Assembly: GCA_963828725.1 (NCBI GenBank)
Contig: CAWHFV010000010.1
Coordinates: forward strand, 2,142-66,141
Reading direction: 5' to 3'
Length of the DNA: 64,000 nt
From: an uncultured Actinomycetota bacterium
GTDB taxonomy: Bacteria; Actinomycetota; Actinomycetes; Actinomycetales; Dermatophilaceae
Part shown: positions 22,033 through 32,636 of the stretch, one piece after another
Layout: each line of letters opens with the position of its first letter
Numbering within the stretch: the first letter of the stretch is position 1
The notes under the pieces: generated by a model
Databases searched by the model: none
Told to the model about the DNA's origin: nothing
Seen by the model: only the letters and a program-made list of their open reading frames with translations
Translations under genes and position numbers: made by a program

Positions 22033-22310
22033 GGTTCCGAACTCCTCCTTGGAGGTGATCCTGGGGGCTTCATTGGCCCCACGCGGGCCGGCCGCTCCCG
22101 GCCGGGCGGCAGAAGAACCGGCGTCATCGCCGGCCCCACTGGTTTCGAGGCGCTGGGTCGCCTCAGGTCAGCTCCTTCGTTGCTCTGCGGCCCATGCAAC
22201 ACCACACCAGGTGATCTGCGCCACAGGGACCACAGGATTTCCCCAAACGTGACCTGTACCGGTTCGGTGATCCGTGACGCGCATCGTCCTTCTGCTCCGT
22301 GGGATATTCA

Positions 22311-22404
22311 CTTGCAAGCACGTCATCATCGAATCCTCGCGAATCGGACGCGTGCGCCCCGGGTGAGCACGCGGACCCCGATCGCCGGGCAGGTTTCTTG
22401 CAAG
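22311..22404. promoter_or_regulatory. Two CTTGCAAG palindromes upstream of the sugar ABC operon, putative operators
   Basis: CTTGCAAG at 22311-22318 and 22397-22404; CTTGCA is the reported Streptomyces MalR motif. Confidence 0.5.
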
Positions 22405-22538
22405 AGCGCCCGGCTCGTCTCCGTCGGATCGGCCGTCTCGCGGACCGACTCGCCGTCTGCGCCGCGCGCTGGCCATGTTCAGCCGTTTCTCAGCCCCCGA
22501 GTCCCGCCTGCTGGACGACAGACGGCAGGCTGTCCTCC

Positions 22539-23039
22539 GTGACCGACCACCACTTCGACGACCTGCTCGCGGCGAACCGGACCTACGCCGAGCACTTCGC
22601 CCTGCAGGGGTTCGACGGGGTCGCCCACGCGGGGGTCGCCATGGTGACCTGCATGGACTCCCGGATCGACCCGCTCCGGCTGCTCGGGCTGTCGCCCGGG
22701 GACGCGAAGATCTTCCGCAACCCCGGAGGCCGCGTCACCGACGCCGCCCTCGAGGCGATCGTCCTCGGCGTGCACCTGCTGGGGGTCGACCGCGTCCTCG
22801 TCGTCCCGCATACCCGCTGCGCCGTCGCGACCAACACGGTGGCCGAGCTCCGCGACCGCGTGAGTGCCTCCGCTGGGACGGACGCGTCGTGGCAGGTGTT
22901 CCACGTCGTCGAGGACCAGGAGGCCGCCCTGCGCGAGGACGTGCGCAAGGTCCGGACCCACCCGCTCATCCCCGACACGGTCGCCATCGGCGGCTTCCTC
23001 TACGACGTGGACACCGGGCTGCTGGACCGACGCGTCTGA
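22539..23039 (+). CDS. Beta-class carbonic anhydrase
   Basis: TCMDSR, RNPGG, HTRC zinc ligands, YDVDTG. Confidence 0.93.
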   Translation: MTDHHFDDLLAANRTYAEHFALQGFDGVAHAGVAMVTCMDSRIDPLRLLGLSPGDAKIFRNPGGRVTDAALEAIVLGVHLLGVDRVLVVPHTRCAVATNTVAELRDRVSASAGTDASWQVFHVVEDQEAALREDVRKVRTHPLIPDTVAIGGFLYDVDTGLLDRRV

Positions 23040-23046
23040 CGGTTCG

Positions 23047-24654
23047 TCAGCGGTCGACGACGACGAGCGCCCAGGTGTCGAACTCGGGCACCTCGATCTC
23101 GAGATCCTCGCCGTCGACGGTCGCCTCGAGCGCGGCGAGCTCCGGGCCGGCCATCGGGTGACCGAACCGGGCCGTTGGCTCCGCCGAGGCGACCCGCACC
23201 GTGAGGCGAAGGCCCGTGGCCGTGCCGGTGGGTCGCTTCGCGACGTTCCACCGCGGGTCCTCCTGGCTGCGCAGGTCGACCAGGGTGACGACAAGGCGGG
23301 TCCCGCACGTGACCACCCGGACCCAGATGCCTCCGGGCGTGGGGTCGGGGAAGACCGGCGCCCCGGCCACGACCACGTCCTCGTTGACGCCCAGCCACAG
23401 GTGCCGGGTCGAGCGGTCGAGCCCCGGTGCGAACAGCAGGTCACCGTTGGCCACCGCGAAGTCCGCGAACCGGCGGAGCACGGCGACCGCGTCGTCGTGC
23501 AGCGTGGCGTAGTTCGGGTAGTACGGGTGGGTCAGTGCGCCGTGGCGCTCGCCGAAGAGCAGGTACTGGCCGCCCGCCGACCAGACCGTCGACAGCGCGA
23601 GCTTCGCGCCGGCGACCTGCTCCGGCCCGGAACCGTCTGCGAAGGCCGCGAGGTATGCGGCGAGGACCACCGGCCGCTCGGGTCGACGGTCGCGCGCCGC
23701 GTCCACGAGCCGGACCAGGTCCACGTAGTCGTCGTGCGGCGACCACACCTCGATGTAGGTCACGTCCTGGGGCGCCCGCGCCGTCATCGCCGTCGGAAAG
23801 TCATTGACGTTGTTGAAGATCAGCGTCGCACTCGGGCAGCTCCTGGCGAACCGCCTCGATGAGTGCCACGAAACCGTCCGCGAGATCGACGACGGCTCCG
23901 ACAGTCGTTGCCGCGACCTTCGGGTCGCCGTACTGGTCGAGATGCAGCCCGTCGAAGCCGACCTGCCGGACCGCCTCGCCCATCTGGGCCACGACGTGGC
24001 GCGACCAGGTCGATCCGCGCGAGACGTCCATGATCCAGAGGAAGTCACCGAGCATCCAGGGTCGGCCGTCCCGGTGGTGAAGCACCTCGTCGGGGTGCTC
24101 GTCCGCGTACTCGCGCCCGGCGCCGTAGACCGCCGCGTAGGCGATCGCCTGCGCACCCGCGGAGTGGGTCGCCTCCACCAGCCGCTGGACGGTCGCCAGC
24201 GACAGCGACCGGTCCAGGGCGTCGACGAAGTCCTCCGCAGCGGAGCGGGGGCAGGAGGGCGGCGTGCCGGTACATCCAGTCGTAGAACTGGACGACGTTG
24301 AGGTGGAACGCGCGCAGCGAGTCGGCCACCTCGTCGCCGTTCTCGCGTCCGGGCACGAAGTCGGTGACGAAGCCGTAGCGCGGGCGCGCCAGCGCATCCG
24401 CGAGGACGTCGAAGGCGCTGGTGGCCGTGGACCCGTCCGGGGCGTTCAGGCGGACCGCGTAGGAGCCCTCGCCCACGATGCCGAGCGACACCCGGTTCCG
24501 GCCCACCGTGACCGCTTCGTCGGATCGTCGGACCATTATCGCCGAGATGGGACACGACGACCGAGACCCGTTGCGCGACAGAGGAGTCCACGAGGATCAC
24601 GACCTCGTCGCCGGGGCGGTGCGACGTCCGATCGGGTCGGGCGTCGAGCGTCAC
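23047..24654 (-). CDS. Glycoside hydrolase family 66 (dextranase/CITase-like), multiple frameshifts
   Basis: PRYGFVTDF, HLNVVQFYDWMYRH, AYAAVYGA, GFDGLHLDQYG, FNNVND, YIEVW, HPYYP across frames. Confidence 0.8.
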   Translation of the reverse strand: MTLDARPDRTSHRPGDEVVILVDSSVAQRVSVVVSHLGDNGPTIRRSGHGGPEPGVARHRGRGLLRGPPERPGRVHGHQRLRRPRGCAGAPALRLRHRLRARTRERRRGGRLAARVPPQRRPVLRLDVPARRPPAPAPLRRTSSTPWTGRCRWRPSSGWWRRPTPRVRRRSPTRRSTAPGASTRTSTPTRCFTTGTADPGCSVTSSGSWTSRADRPGRATSWPRWARRSGRSASTGCISTSTATRRSRQRLSEPSSISRTVSWHSSRRFARSCPSATLIFNNVNDFPTAMTARAPQDVTYIEVWSPHDDYVDLVRLVDAARDRRPERPVVLAAYLAAFADGSGPEQVAGAKLALSTVWSAGGQYLLFGERHGALTHPYYPNYATLHDDAVAVLRRFADFAVANGDLLFAPGLDRSTRHLWLGVNEDVVVAGAPVFPDPTPGGIWVRVVTCGTRLVVTLVDLRSQEDPRWNVAKRPTGTATGLRLTVRVASAEPTARFGHPMAGPELAALEATVDGEDLEIEVPEFDTWALVVVDR

Positions 24655-26046
24655 CGGCGGAACACCCGTCGACCTCGGGAATGCGGTCTCGGTATGCGCG
24701 CAGCAGCTCGCGGGCCACGGTCACCGAGTCGACCAGGGGGTGCCGGGCGAACGCCTGCTCGGCGAGGTCCGGCGAGCCGGTGACGGCGGCCTCGATGGTC
24801 AGCCGCTCGACGTGCTTGACCTGGGCCATGAGGCCGAGCTGGTAGAGCGTCGGCGCGGAGACGCCGAGGCGGCACGGGGCCGCCGGCGCCGACGGTCACC
24901 GGCACCTCGACGACGGCGTCGTCCGGGAGGCTCGGGAACCGTGCCGCGGTTCGCGACGTCGAGGATCATCGTCGCCTGCTCGTCGCGGGCGATGGCGCGC
25001 ATCAGCGCGAGCGCGACGCCCTCGTAGCCGCCGACGTCGGCGACGTCCTGCTCACCGCCACGCGCCTGGCCGGCGTGCTCGGCGGCCATGTACGTCGCCT
25101 CCCGCTCGGCGCGGGTCGCGGTCCAGATCGCCTGTGCCCGAGCCGGATCCGCCGCGGCGGCGGCATAGAACTCCGCCTGCTGACCGGCGAGGAACTCGCC
25201 ACGGGTCGGGCCGCCGGCCCGGATGGCGGCCACCGCGTCGCGGGTGAAGTCGTAGTAGTAGAGGTACTCGTTGGGGAGCGCGTCGATCTGCCGGACCCAG
25301 TCCAGCCCGAACAATGCGCCCTCCTCAGTGGCGCCGAGCAGGGCGTCGTCGGCGAGCAGCCGGGGCAGCAGGTCGACGCCGTCCACGCGCATACCGCGAA
25401 GCCAGCCGAGATGGTTCAGCCCGACGTAGTCGAGGTCGAGCGGCGGCATGCGGCTCGACGCCGAGCAGCCGAGCCGCCCGTTTCGCCATGGTGATCGGGG
25501 TGTCGCAGATGCCGACCACGCGGTCGCCGAGGATGGCGCGCATCGCCTCGGTGATCATGCCGGCCGGGTTGGTGAAGTTGATGACCCACGCGTCCGGCGC
25601 GACGGCCCGGACGCGCTCGGCGATCCACCGCGCGACGGGGACGGTGCGCAGCCCGTAGGCGATCCCCCCGGCGCCCGTCGTCTCCTGCCCCAGGACGCCG
25701 AGGTCGAGAGCGACCCGCTCGTCCTGCACCCGCGCCATCAGCCCGCCCACCCGGACGGCCGAGAAGACGAAGTCGGCGCCCTCCAGCGCGACGTCCAGCT
25801 CGGTGGTGACAGTGACCCGCGGCGCCCCCCGCCCTTCCTTTCTCCGGTGGAGGTATATGCGAGCGCCGTAGCGCTCGCAGCACCCTCCACCGAGGAGACG
25901 GGAGCGAGTACCGACGCCATCACGTCGAGCCGACCGGGGTCGGTGTCGTAGAGCACGACGTCGGTGACGCCGGAGTCGCTTCCGGCCAGCGCGGCATACA
26001 CGAGCGGCGTGCGGAACCCGCCGCCCCCGAGGATCGCGAGCCTCAC
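24651..26046 (-). CDS. Family 4 glycoside hydrolase (6-phospho-glucosidase-like), frameshifts, with internal palindromic insertion
   Basis: ILGGGGFRTP, GQETTGAGG, INFTNPAG, GICD, GLNHLGW, PNEYLYYY, GGYE. Confidence 0.9.
25846..25891. repeat. 46-bp palindromic element inside the GH4 gene, homologous to 41411-41456
   Basis: 38/46 identical to the intergenic copy by manual alignment. Confidence 0.85.
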
Positions 26047-26077
26047 GGCCCGACGCTCGTCTCGGTCATCGCGCGCG

Positions 26078-27427
26078 TCACCTCAGGGCGAGGTGCATCC
26101 GGACCGAGTTCGCCAGCCGTTCGGCGACGGCCTGCGCCTGCGACTCGTCGGCCGCCTCGACCATCACCCGGACGAGCGGCTCGGTCCCGGACTTGCGCAG
26201 CAGCACCCGACCGCTGCCGTCGAGCTCGTCGGACGCCTTGGCGACGTCCTCGAGCAGCGCCTCGTGCGAGTCGACCTGGGACGTGTCGACGCCGCGCACG
26301 TTGACGAGCACCTGTGGGAGCCGGGTCATCACCGCGGCGAGCTCGGTGAGCGACCGGCCGGTCTCGGCGACCCGGGCCGCGAGCATGAGTCCGGTGAGGA
26401 CCCCGTCGCCGGTGGTCCCGTGCTCGAGCATGATGACGTGGCCGCTCTGCTCGCCGCCCAACGCAAACCCGCCGGCCTTCATGTCCTCGAGGACGTACCG
26501 GTCGCCGACCGCGGTCTGGCGCACCGTGATGGCGGACCGTTCCATCGCCTGCAGCATCCCGAGGTTGGACATGACCGTCGCGACGAGGGTGTCGGAGACG
26601 AGACGGCCCTTGTCGCGCAACGAGATCGCGAGGATCGACATGATCTGGTCGCCGTCGACCGGCGTCCCGGAACCGTCGACCGCGAGGCAACGGTCGGCGT
26701 CGCCGTCGTGGGCGATGCCGAAGTCGGCGCCCTCAGACAGGACCGCCTCGCACAGCCGCTCGAGGTGCGTTGACCCGTAGCCGTCGTTGATGTTGAGCCC
26801 GTCCGGCGAGGCGCCGATGACCGACACCCTGGCGCCGGCCCGGCGGAACGCCTCGGGCGAGGCGACGGAGGCCGCCCCGTTCGCCGTGTCGAGCACGACG
26901 TGCAGCCCGTCCAAGCGGTTCGGCAGGGCAGCCATGAGATGCCCGACGTACCGCTCGAGCCCGTCGGGCAGGGGGCGGACCCGCCCCACGCCGGCGCCGG
27001 TGGGGCGCTGCCACGGCTCGCGCATCCGCGCCTCGATGGCGTCCTCGACGTCGTCGGCGAGCTTGTGGCCGCCCCGGGCGAAGAACTTGATCCCGTTGTC
27101 GGGCATCGGGTTGTGCGACGCCGAGATCATCACGCCGAGGTCGGCCCGCAGGTCCCCCGTGAGGAAGGCGATGGCCGGCGTCGGCAGCACGCCGGCGTCG
27201 AGGACGTCCACCCCCGCCGAGGCCAGGCCGGCCACCGTCGCCGCGAGGAGGAACTCGCCCGAAGCGCGTCCGTCGGTCCCGACGAGGGCGGTCGGGCGGT
27301 GCCCCTCGAACTCCCCGGACTCGCCGAGCACGTGAGCCGCCGCGACCGCGAGGTCGAGGGCCAGCTCCGCGGTGATGTCCTGGTTCGCGAGTCCGCGAAC
27401 CCCGTCGGTCCCGAAGAGTCGAGCCAC
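26078..27427 (-). CDS. glmM: Phosphoglucosamine mutase
   Basis: [34 protein letters not shown]; follows rpsI. Confidence 0.97.
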   Translation of the reverse strand: MARLFGTDGVRGLANQDITAELALDLAVAAAHVLGESGEFEGHRPTALVGTDGRASGEFLLAATVAGLASAGVDVLDAGVLPTPAIAFLTGDLRADLGVMISASHNPMPDNGIKFFARGGHKLADDVEDAIEARMREPWQRPTGAGVGRVRPLPDGLERYVGHLMAALPNRLDGLHVVLDTANGAASVASPEAFRRAGARVSVIGASPDGLNINDGYGSTHLERLCEAVLSEGADFGIAHDGDADRCLAVDGSGTPVDGDQIMSILAISLRDKGRLVSDTLVATVMSNLGMLQAMERSAITVRQTAVGDRYVLEDMKAGGFALGGEQSGHVIMLEHGTTGDGVLTGLMLAARVAETGRSLTELAAVMTRLPQVLVNVRGVDTSQVDSHEALLEDVAKASDELDGSGRVLLRKSGTEPLVRVMVEAADESQAQAVAERLANSVRMHLALR

Positions 27428-27493
27428 GTCGCTTGGTCTGCCTCTCTACAGCGTCAGCCCCAAGGGAAGGGCCGACGGACGAACCTACTACGC

Positions 27494-27532
27494 CGCGAGG
27501 GCGGCCCCAGGCATACCGGGACCGCCCTCGCG
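27494..27532 (-). terminator. Hairpin after rpsI
   Basis: cgcgagggcggcccc...gggaccgccctcgcg. Confidence 0.6.
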
Positions 27533-27548
27533 TTCGAACAGGAGCGCG

Positions 27549-28052
27549 TCAGCGCTTGCTGTACTGCGGAGCCTTGCGAGCCTTCTTGAGGCCGGCCTTC
27601 TTGCGCTCCGGGACCCGCGCGTCGCGGGTGAGGAACCCGGCCTTCTTCAGCGCGGGACGGTTCAGCTCCTCGTCGACGCCGTTGAGCGCCCGAGCGACAC
27701 CGAGGCGGACGGCGCCGGCCTGGCCGGAAGGACCGCCGCCGTGGACGCGCACGAGGACGTCGTAGGCCCCGGTGAGGTCGAGGACGGCGAAGGGCTCGCC
27801 GACGATCTGCTGGTGCACCTTGTTGGGGAAGTACGCCTCCAGGGTGCGGCCGTTGATCTGCCAGTCGCCGGTGCCCGGGACGATTCGCACGCGGGCGATG
27901 GCCTGCTTGCGGCGGCCGGTGGCGGCACCCGGCGCGGAGGCGCTCGGGCGACGCTCGGCCTCGCCGGCGACGGGGGCGGTGGACTCGGAGGTGTAGGAGC
28001 TGAGCTCCGGCTCGTCCGACTCCAGAACGGTGTCGGTGGTGATGTCAGTCAA
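27549..28052 (-). CDS. rpsI: 30S ribosomal protein S9
   Basis: [40 protein letters not shown]. Confidence 0.99.
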   Translation of the reverse strand: MTDITTDTVLESDEPELSSYTSESTAPVAGEAERRPSASAPGAATGRRKQAIARVRIVPGTGDWQINGRTLEAYFPNKVHQQIVGEPFAVLDLTGAYDVLVRVHGGGPSGQAGAVRLGVARALNGVDEELNRPALKKAGFLTRDARVPERKKAGLKKARKAPQYSKR

Positions 28053-28063
28053 CTCAGGGTTCC

Positions 28064-28507
28064 TTACTGCGCGACCTGGGAGATGGTGAACGGGACCGGC
28101 TGCTGGGCCGCGTGTGGGTGAGTGTCGCCGGAGTAGACCTTCAGCTTGGTCATCTGCTGGCGGGCGATGGAGTTCTTCGGGAGCATGCCGCGGACGGCCT
28201 TCTCGACGGCCTTGGCCGGGTTCTTCTGCAGAAGCTCGGTGTAGGAGGTGGACTTCAGACCGCCCGGGTAGCCCGAGTGGCTGTAGGCCTTCTTCTGCTC
28301 CGCCTTGGCGCCGGTCAGCACGATCTTGTCGGCGTTGACGATGATGACGAAGTCACCGGTGTCGACGTGCGGGGCGAAGGTCGGCTTGTGCTTGCCGCGC
28401 AGCAGGATGGCGGTCTGGCTGGCCAGCCGGCCGAGGACGACGTCGGTCGCGTCGATCACGTGCCACGTGCGATCGACCTCGCCGGGCTTGGGGGTGTACG
28501 TGCGCAC
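28064..28507 (-). CDS. rplM: 50S ribosomal protein L13
   Basis: [37 protein letters not shown]. Confidence 0.99.
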   Translation of the reverse strand: MRTYTPKPGEVDRTWHVIDATDVVLGRLASQTAILLRGKHKPTFAPHVDTGDFVIIVNADKIVLTGAKAEQKKAYSHSGYPGGLKSTSYTELLQKNPAKAVEKAVRGMLPKNSIARQQMTKLKVYSGDTHPHAAQQPVPFTISQVAQ

Positions 28508-28711
28508 AGGTGTCAGCTTTCGTCAGCGGAATCTCGGGTATGCCTCGCCGCGGCTCTTCCGGTCGACCGACCGCGCCGCGTGGCCCCGAGCCGGAACGCC
28601 CCGGGTGGCACAACCTCTCCAGTGTAGGGGCGCGTGTGGTGCCGGCCAAATCGCCCTGAAGGCAGCCGTAAACGCGGTCTGACCTGCGGTGATGCGCATA
28701 CCGACTATTTG

Positions 28712-28754
28712 TGCAGACTACTTGTGCAAAGAGATTATGCACAGGTATTGTGCA
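28712..28754. promoter_or_regulatory. Four TGCA boxes at an exact 13-bp period, putative operator
   Basis: TGCA at 28712, 28725, 28738, 28751, just before ATG 28759. Confidence 0.65.
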
Positions 28755-28758
28755 TGAC

Positions 28759-29388
28759 ATGGCCACCAACCTCCCCACCGGCCCCGGAACCTGGGGCTCC
28801 GCCGAGACGCCCTCCGAGCTCCACCTCGGCGCCCACGCGGTCAAGGTCCTCGCCCATCCCCTGCGCTCGCGCATCGTCACCCAGCTTCGCCGCAGCGGTC
28901 CGCTGACGGCCACGGCCCTGGCCGGCCTGCTCGGGACGAACTCGGGCGCCACCAGCTACCACCTGCGCCGCCTGGAGACCGTGGGCCTCGTCGAGGACAC
29001 CGACACCGGCAAGGGCAAGGAGCGGATCTGGCGCGCCGCCGTCGAGCAGCACTCGTGGACCCCGAGCGAGCTGGTCGACGACGAGGACGCTCTCACCGCC
29101 CTCAACTGGCTCGAGCGCGACTACATCCGCCACTTCGCCACCAAGGCCGAGCAGTGGCTCGACGTGCAGCAGGACTGGCCGGTGGAGTGGGTCGACCATC
29201 TCGGCATCAACGACAACGTCACGCTGGTCACCCTCGAGCAGCTGCACGCCATGCGGACCGAGATCGAGGACGTCCTGCAGAAGTACCGCCGGGTCGGACA
29301 GGGCAACCCCCAGGCCAAACGGGTCGCGGTCTACACCTACGCCTACCCCGTCGACCTCGACCAGAGCCCGCGCGGTGACCGCTCATGA
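28759..29388 (+). CDS. ArsR-like winged-HTH transcriptional regulator
   Basis: LAHPLRSRI, TATALA...SGATSYHLRRL...GLV, ERIWRA. Confidence 0.9.
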   Translation: MATNLPTGPGTWGSAETPSELHLGAHAVKVLAHPLRSRIVTQLRRSGPLTATALAGLLGTNSGATSYHLRRLETVGLVEDTDTGKGKERIWRAAVEQHSWTPSELVDDEDALTALNWLERDYIRHFATKAEQWLDVQQDWPVEWVDHLGINDNVTLVTLEQLHAMRTEIEDVLQKYRRVGQGNPQAKRVAVYTYAYPVDLDQSPRGDRS

Positions 29389-30671
29389 CCGCCGTCCTGT
29401 CCCCCGCCGCCGCTCGCCGGGTGTTCCTCACCCTCACCGTGACCCGCTGGTTCCCGGTCGGACTCGTGGTCGGCATCCTCACGCTCTGGCCGCTGGAGCG
29501 CGGCCTGACCATCCCCGAGGCGCTGTCGGCGACCTCGCTGACCGGCATCACGGTCTTCCTGCTCGAGCTGCCGACGAGCGGGTTCGCCGACGCGTTCGGC
29601 CGGCGGCCGGTCTACGTCACGGCGGCGCTCTTCCTCATCGCGTCCGCTGTCGTCTTCTACACGGCCACCGCCTGGTGGCAGTTCGCGCTCGCGGCGGTGC
29701 TGACCGGGGTGTTCCGGGCGCTCGACTCCGGACCGCTCGAGGCGTGGTTCGTCGACACCGTGCACGCGACCGAGCCCGGGGCCGACGTCGACCGCGACCT
29801 GGCGCGGCAGGGAACGGTGCTCGGTTCGGCGATGGCGCTCGGCGCCCTGATCTCGGGCGGCCTCGTCTGGTGGCACCCCATCGCGTCACAGAGCGCCCTG
29901 CTCCTGCCGGGCCTGCTCTACCTCGGGTTGGGCGTCGTGCACCTCGTCGCCGTCCTCGTCATCCTCAAGGAGCCGGACCGGCGCGGAACCGGCGACAGCG
30001 TCGGTATGCGTCGGGCCGCGGCCTCGGTCCGTGAGGCGCCGGTCGTGGTCCGAGAGGGTCTCTCGCTGCTGAGGCACAACCGGGTGCTCGGCGGGCTCGT
30101 GGCGGTCGAGCTGTTCTGGTCGGCCGGGATGGTCGTCTTCGAGACGTTCCAGCCGATCCGGCTGGCCGAGCTGCTCGGCGGCGAGGACGCCGCCGCCGCA
30201 GTGATGGGTCCGGTCGCGAGCGCGGGGTGGGGCCTGTTCGCGCTCGGGTCCGCCCTCGCCGCCGTCGGCAGCCGCCGGTTCGGCGTCGCGCGCACCGCGA
30301 TCCTGGCGCGGGTGCTCAACGGGCTCGGCGCGGTGGTGATGGGCCTCGTCGCGGGACCGGTCGCCCTCGTGGCCGCATACGCGGTGACCTACACGCTGCA
30401 CGGCGCGGGCGGTCCGGTCCACAGCGCGCTGCTCCACCGCGAGGCCTCCGCCCGCAACCGGTCCACCGTCCTGTCGATGAACTCGATGGTCGCCTTCCTC
30501 GGGTTCAGCCTCACCGCGGCGTTGGCCGGCCAGCTACAAGCGCGGACGTCGACCCAGGTGGCGATGGTCGTCGTGGGGGCGTTCAGCATCCTCGGCGCGC
30601 TCGGGTACCTGCCCGCGCTCCGGGCCGAACGGGTCCGGCGGCGCGAGACGGAGCCGATCCACGTCGGCTGA
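29385..30671 (+). CDS. MFS transporter
   Basis: LELPTSGFADAFGRR motif A, about 12 TM; ATGA overlap with the regulator. Confidence 0.92.
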   Translation: MTAVLSPAAARRVFLTLTVTRWFPVGLVVGILTLWPLERGLTIPEALSATSLTGITVFLLELPTSGFADAFGRRPVYVTAALFLIASAVVFYTATAWWQFALAAVLTGVFRALDSGPLEAWFVDTVHATEPGADVDRDLARQGTVLGSAMALGALISGGLVWWHPIASQSALLLPGLLYLGLGVVHLVAVLVILKEPDRRGTGDSVGMRRAAASVREAPVVVREGLSLLRHNRVLGGLVAVELFWSAGMVVFETFQPIRLAELLGGEDAAAAVMGPVASAGWGLFALGSALAAVGSRRFGVARTAILARVLNGLGAVVMGLVAGPVALVAAYAVTYTLHGAGGPVHSALLHREASARNRSTVLSMNSMVAFLGFSLTAALAGQLQARTSTQVAMVVVGAFSILGALGYLPALRAERVRRRETEPIHVG

Positions 30672-30688
30672 GGCTGTTGGTCGGCCAG

Positions 30689-30748
30689 TCCCCTGAGAAT
30701 CGGCCCACTCCCACCGGATGTCGTGGGAGTGGGGCGATTCTCGAGGGA
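30689..30748. repeat. Long imperfect hairpin between convergent MFS genes (REP-like or terminator)
   Basis: gagaatcggcccactcccac / gtgggagtggggcgattctc. Confidence 0.7.
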
Positions 30749-30760
30749 GTCGAGGCTTCG

Positions 30761-32011
30761 TCAGGTCGCCAGGTCGGTCCGAGCGGGATCCGGCTCCCAT
30801 CGCAGCCGTCGGGTGCCACGGACCGCCAGTGGACCCACTCCGGCGACGAGGATGACGGCGGCGCAGGCGGTGAGGACCGGCTGGGTCCCGAACCGGTCGG
30901 TGAGGACGCCGGCCATGGCCTGGCCCAGCGGCATCCCGACGAACGACGTGAGGATGTCCCACGACGACACGCGCGCGAGCAGGTCGTGCGGCACGTGGTT
31001 CTGGATCGCGGTCTCCCAGCAGACGCCGAAGAACATCAGACCCGTGTAGCCGATGACCGCGCCGAGCAGCACGCCGGTGAGCGTGCCCGGCCACACGTAG
31101 GCCAGCACCCAAACCGGCATGAGGCCGAGCGCGACGAACCCCGCCACCAGCGGCCGGCTCGGCCGAACCCGCATGGCGATCACGCTGCCGATGACGCCAC
31201 CCAGGCCCTCGGCCGCGGCGATCACGCCCAGCGCCGAGGGGCCGCCGAGGTCGCGCAGTGCGACGACGTTGACCGTGACAAGCACGACCCCGTTGGCCAC
31301 GTGGTAGACCCCGGCGGCGACGACGCCCCAGAGCAGCCAGTCCCGGGACCGGACCGCGGCGAACCCGCCCCGCAGCTCGGTGAGGAAGCCGACCCGGGCG
31401 CCGCGGATGGCCCGCGCGCGGATGAAGGCGACCGTCACGGCCGAGACCAGGAAGCTCAGCGCGTTGACGAGGAACCCGAACGGCGCGCCGAACGCGGCGA
31501 TGAGCACGCCCGCCGCCGCCGGCCCGACGGTGAGCGAGGCGGTCTGGACCGCGTTGAGCGTGGCGTTCGCCGACCGGCGCTGCTCCAGCGGGACCAGCGT
31601 CGGCTTCAGCGACGACATCGCGGGGTAGAAGAAGGCCCCGGCCCCACCGAAGACGGCGACGAGCGCACAGAGCAGTGGCAGCGGATGGCGGTCGCCCAGG
31701 TACAGCACCGCCAACGCCCCGGCTGCAGCGGCACGGACCACGTCGGCCGCGACCATGATCGTCTGCGGTCGGAGTCGGTCCGCCCATACGCCCCCGACGA
31801 GGGTGCAGGCCAGCCGCGCGACGACCCCGCACGCCAGGACCAGGCCGAGGTCGGTGGCGGAGCCGCCGGACGCGATCACCGCGAACGACAAGGCGATCGG
31901 CTGGAACGCGTCGCCCACCCACGAGAGACCCTGGCCGCCGACCAGGAGGCGGAAGTCGCGGGTCCCCCATCGCGACGTCGTGACGGCGGGGTCGTCGAGT
32001 GCGGTGTTCAT
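30761..32011 (-). CDS. MFS transporter (DHA3/macrolide-efflux-like)
   Basis: DFRLLVGGQGLSWVGD, GGVWADRL, LLARVSS. Confidence 0.9.
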   Translation of the reverse strand: MNTALDDPAVTTSRWGTRDFRLLVGGQGLSWVGDAFQPIALSFAVIASGGSATDLGLVLACGVVARLACTLVGGVWADRLRPQTIMVAADVVRAAAAGALAVLYLGDRHPLPLLCALVAVFGGAGAFFYPAMSSLKPTLVPLEQRRSANATLNAVQTASLTVGPAAAGVLIAAFGAPFGFLVNALSFLVSAVTVAFIRARAIRGARVGFLTELRGGFAAVRSRDWLLWGVVAAGVYHVANGVVLVTVNVVALRDLGGPSALGVIAAAEGLGGVIGSVIAMRVRPSRPLVAGFVALGLMPVWVLAYVWPGTLTGVLLGAVIGYTGLMFFGVCWETAIQNHVPHDLLARVSSWDILTSFVGMPLGQAMAGVLTDRFGTQPVLTACAAVILVAGVGPLAVRGTRRLRWEPDPARTDLAT

Positions 32012-32097
32012 GGGTCTCAGATTAGTACGTCATCTAACTATTTGTCATCAGACTGTCTGTCACTTTTCTGTACGACGACGAATGGCATACTGGGAGC

Positions 32098-32604
32098 GTG
32101 ACGAAAGCCCGGGCGACAGACGCGGTCGACGCCCACGTGGCCCGGTGGGTGACCCAGATCCCCGACCTGGACCCGTCGGTCGAGGGCGCCACGACCAGGA
32201 TGCAGGCCGTCGTCCGCCAGCTGCGCAAATCCAAGGCCGAGTTCCACGCGGGCAAGGAGATGACCCTGGAGGACTCCGACACGCTGCACGAGCTCATGGT
32301 CCAGCCCTACCCGGTCGAGGCCACCCCGGCGCAGCTCGCCGACGCCTGCCATGTCACTCGGGCGGCCATGACCAGCCGGCTCGACCGTCTCGTCGAGGGC
32401 GGGTACGTGACGCGTGAGGTCGACCCGCTCGACCGCCGACGCGTCATCGTGAGGCCCACCGCCAAGGGAAGCGAGACTTGGCAGGATCACCTCCACGCCG
32501 GGATGGAACGCGAGGCGAACCTGCTCTCGGCCCTCTCCCCGCGCGAGCTCGAGCAGCTCAACGGGCTGCTCCGCAAGGTGCTCCTGTCGTTCGAGCAGGC
32601 TTGA
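32098..32604 (+). CDS. MarR-family transcriptional regulator
   Basis: TPAQLA...TRAAMTSRLDRL..GYVTR..D..DRR; divergent from an MFS gene. Confidence 0.92.
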   Translation: MTKARATDAVDAHVARWVTQIPDLDPSVEGATTRMQAVVRQLRKSKAEFHAGKEMTLEDSDTLHELMVQPYPVEATPAQLADACHVTRAAMTSRLDRLVEGGYVTREVDPLDRRRVIVRPTAKGSETWQDHLHAGMEREANLLSALSPRELEQLNGLLRKVLLSFEQA

Positions 32605-32636
32605 CAGCCGCGGGCGTAGGTCAGGACGCTCGACCG

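Noticed and set aside
13870-26046. Cluster of frameshifted genes (xseA, glpX, pfkB, ABC genes, GH66, GH4) as pseudogenes or programmed frameshifts
   Set aside because: I saw no in-frame stops or motif decay, housekeeping genes are affected, some shifts compensate each other or fall in homopolymers, and no slippery sites are evident. This fits long-read consensus error, though it cannot be proven without reads.
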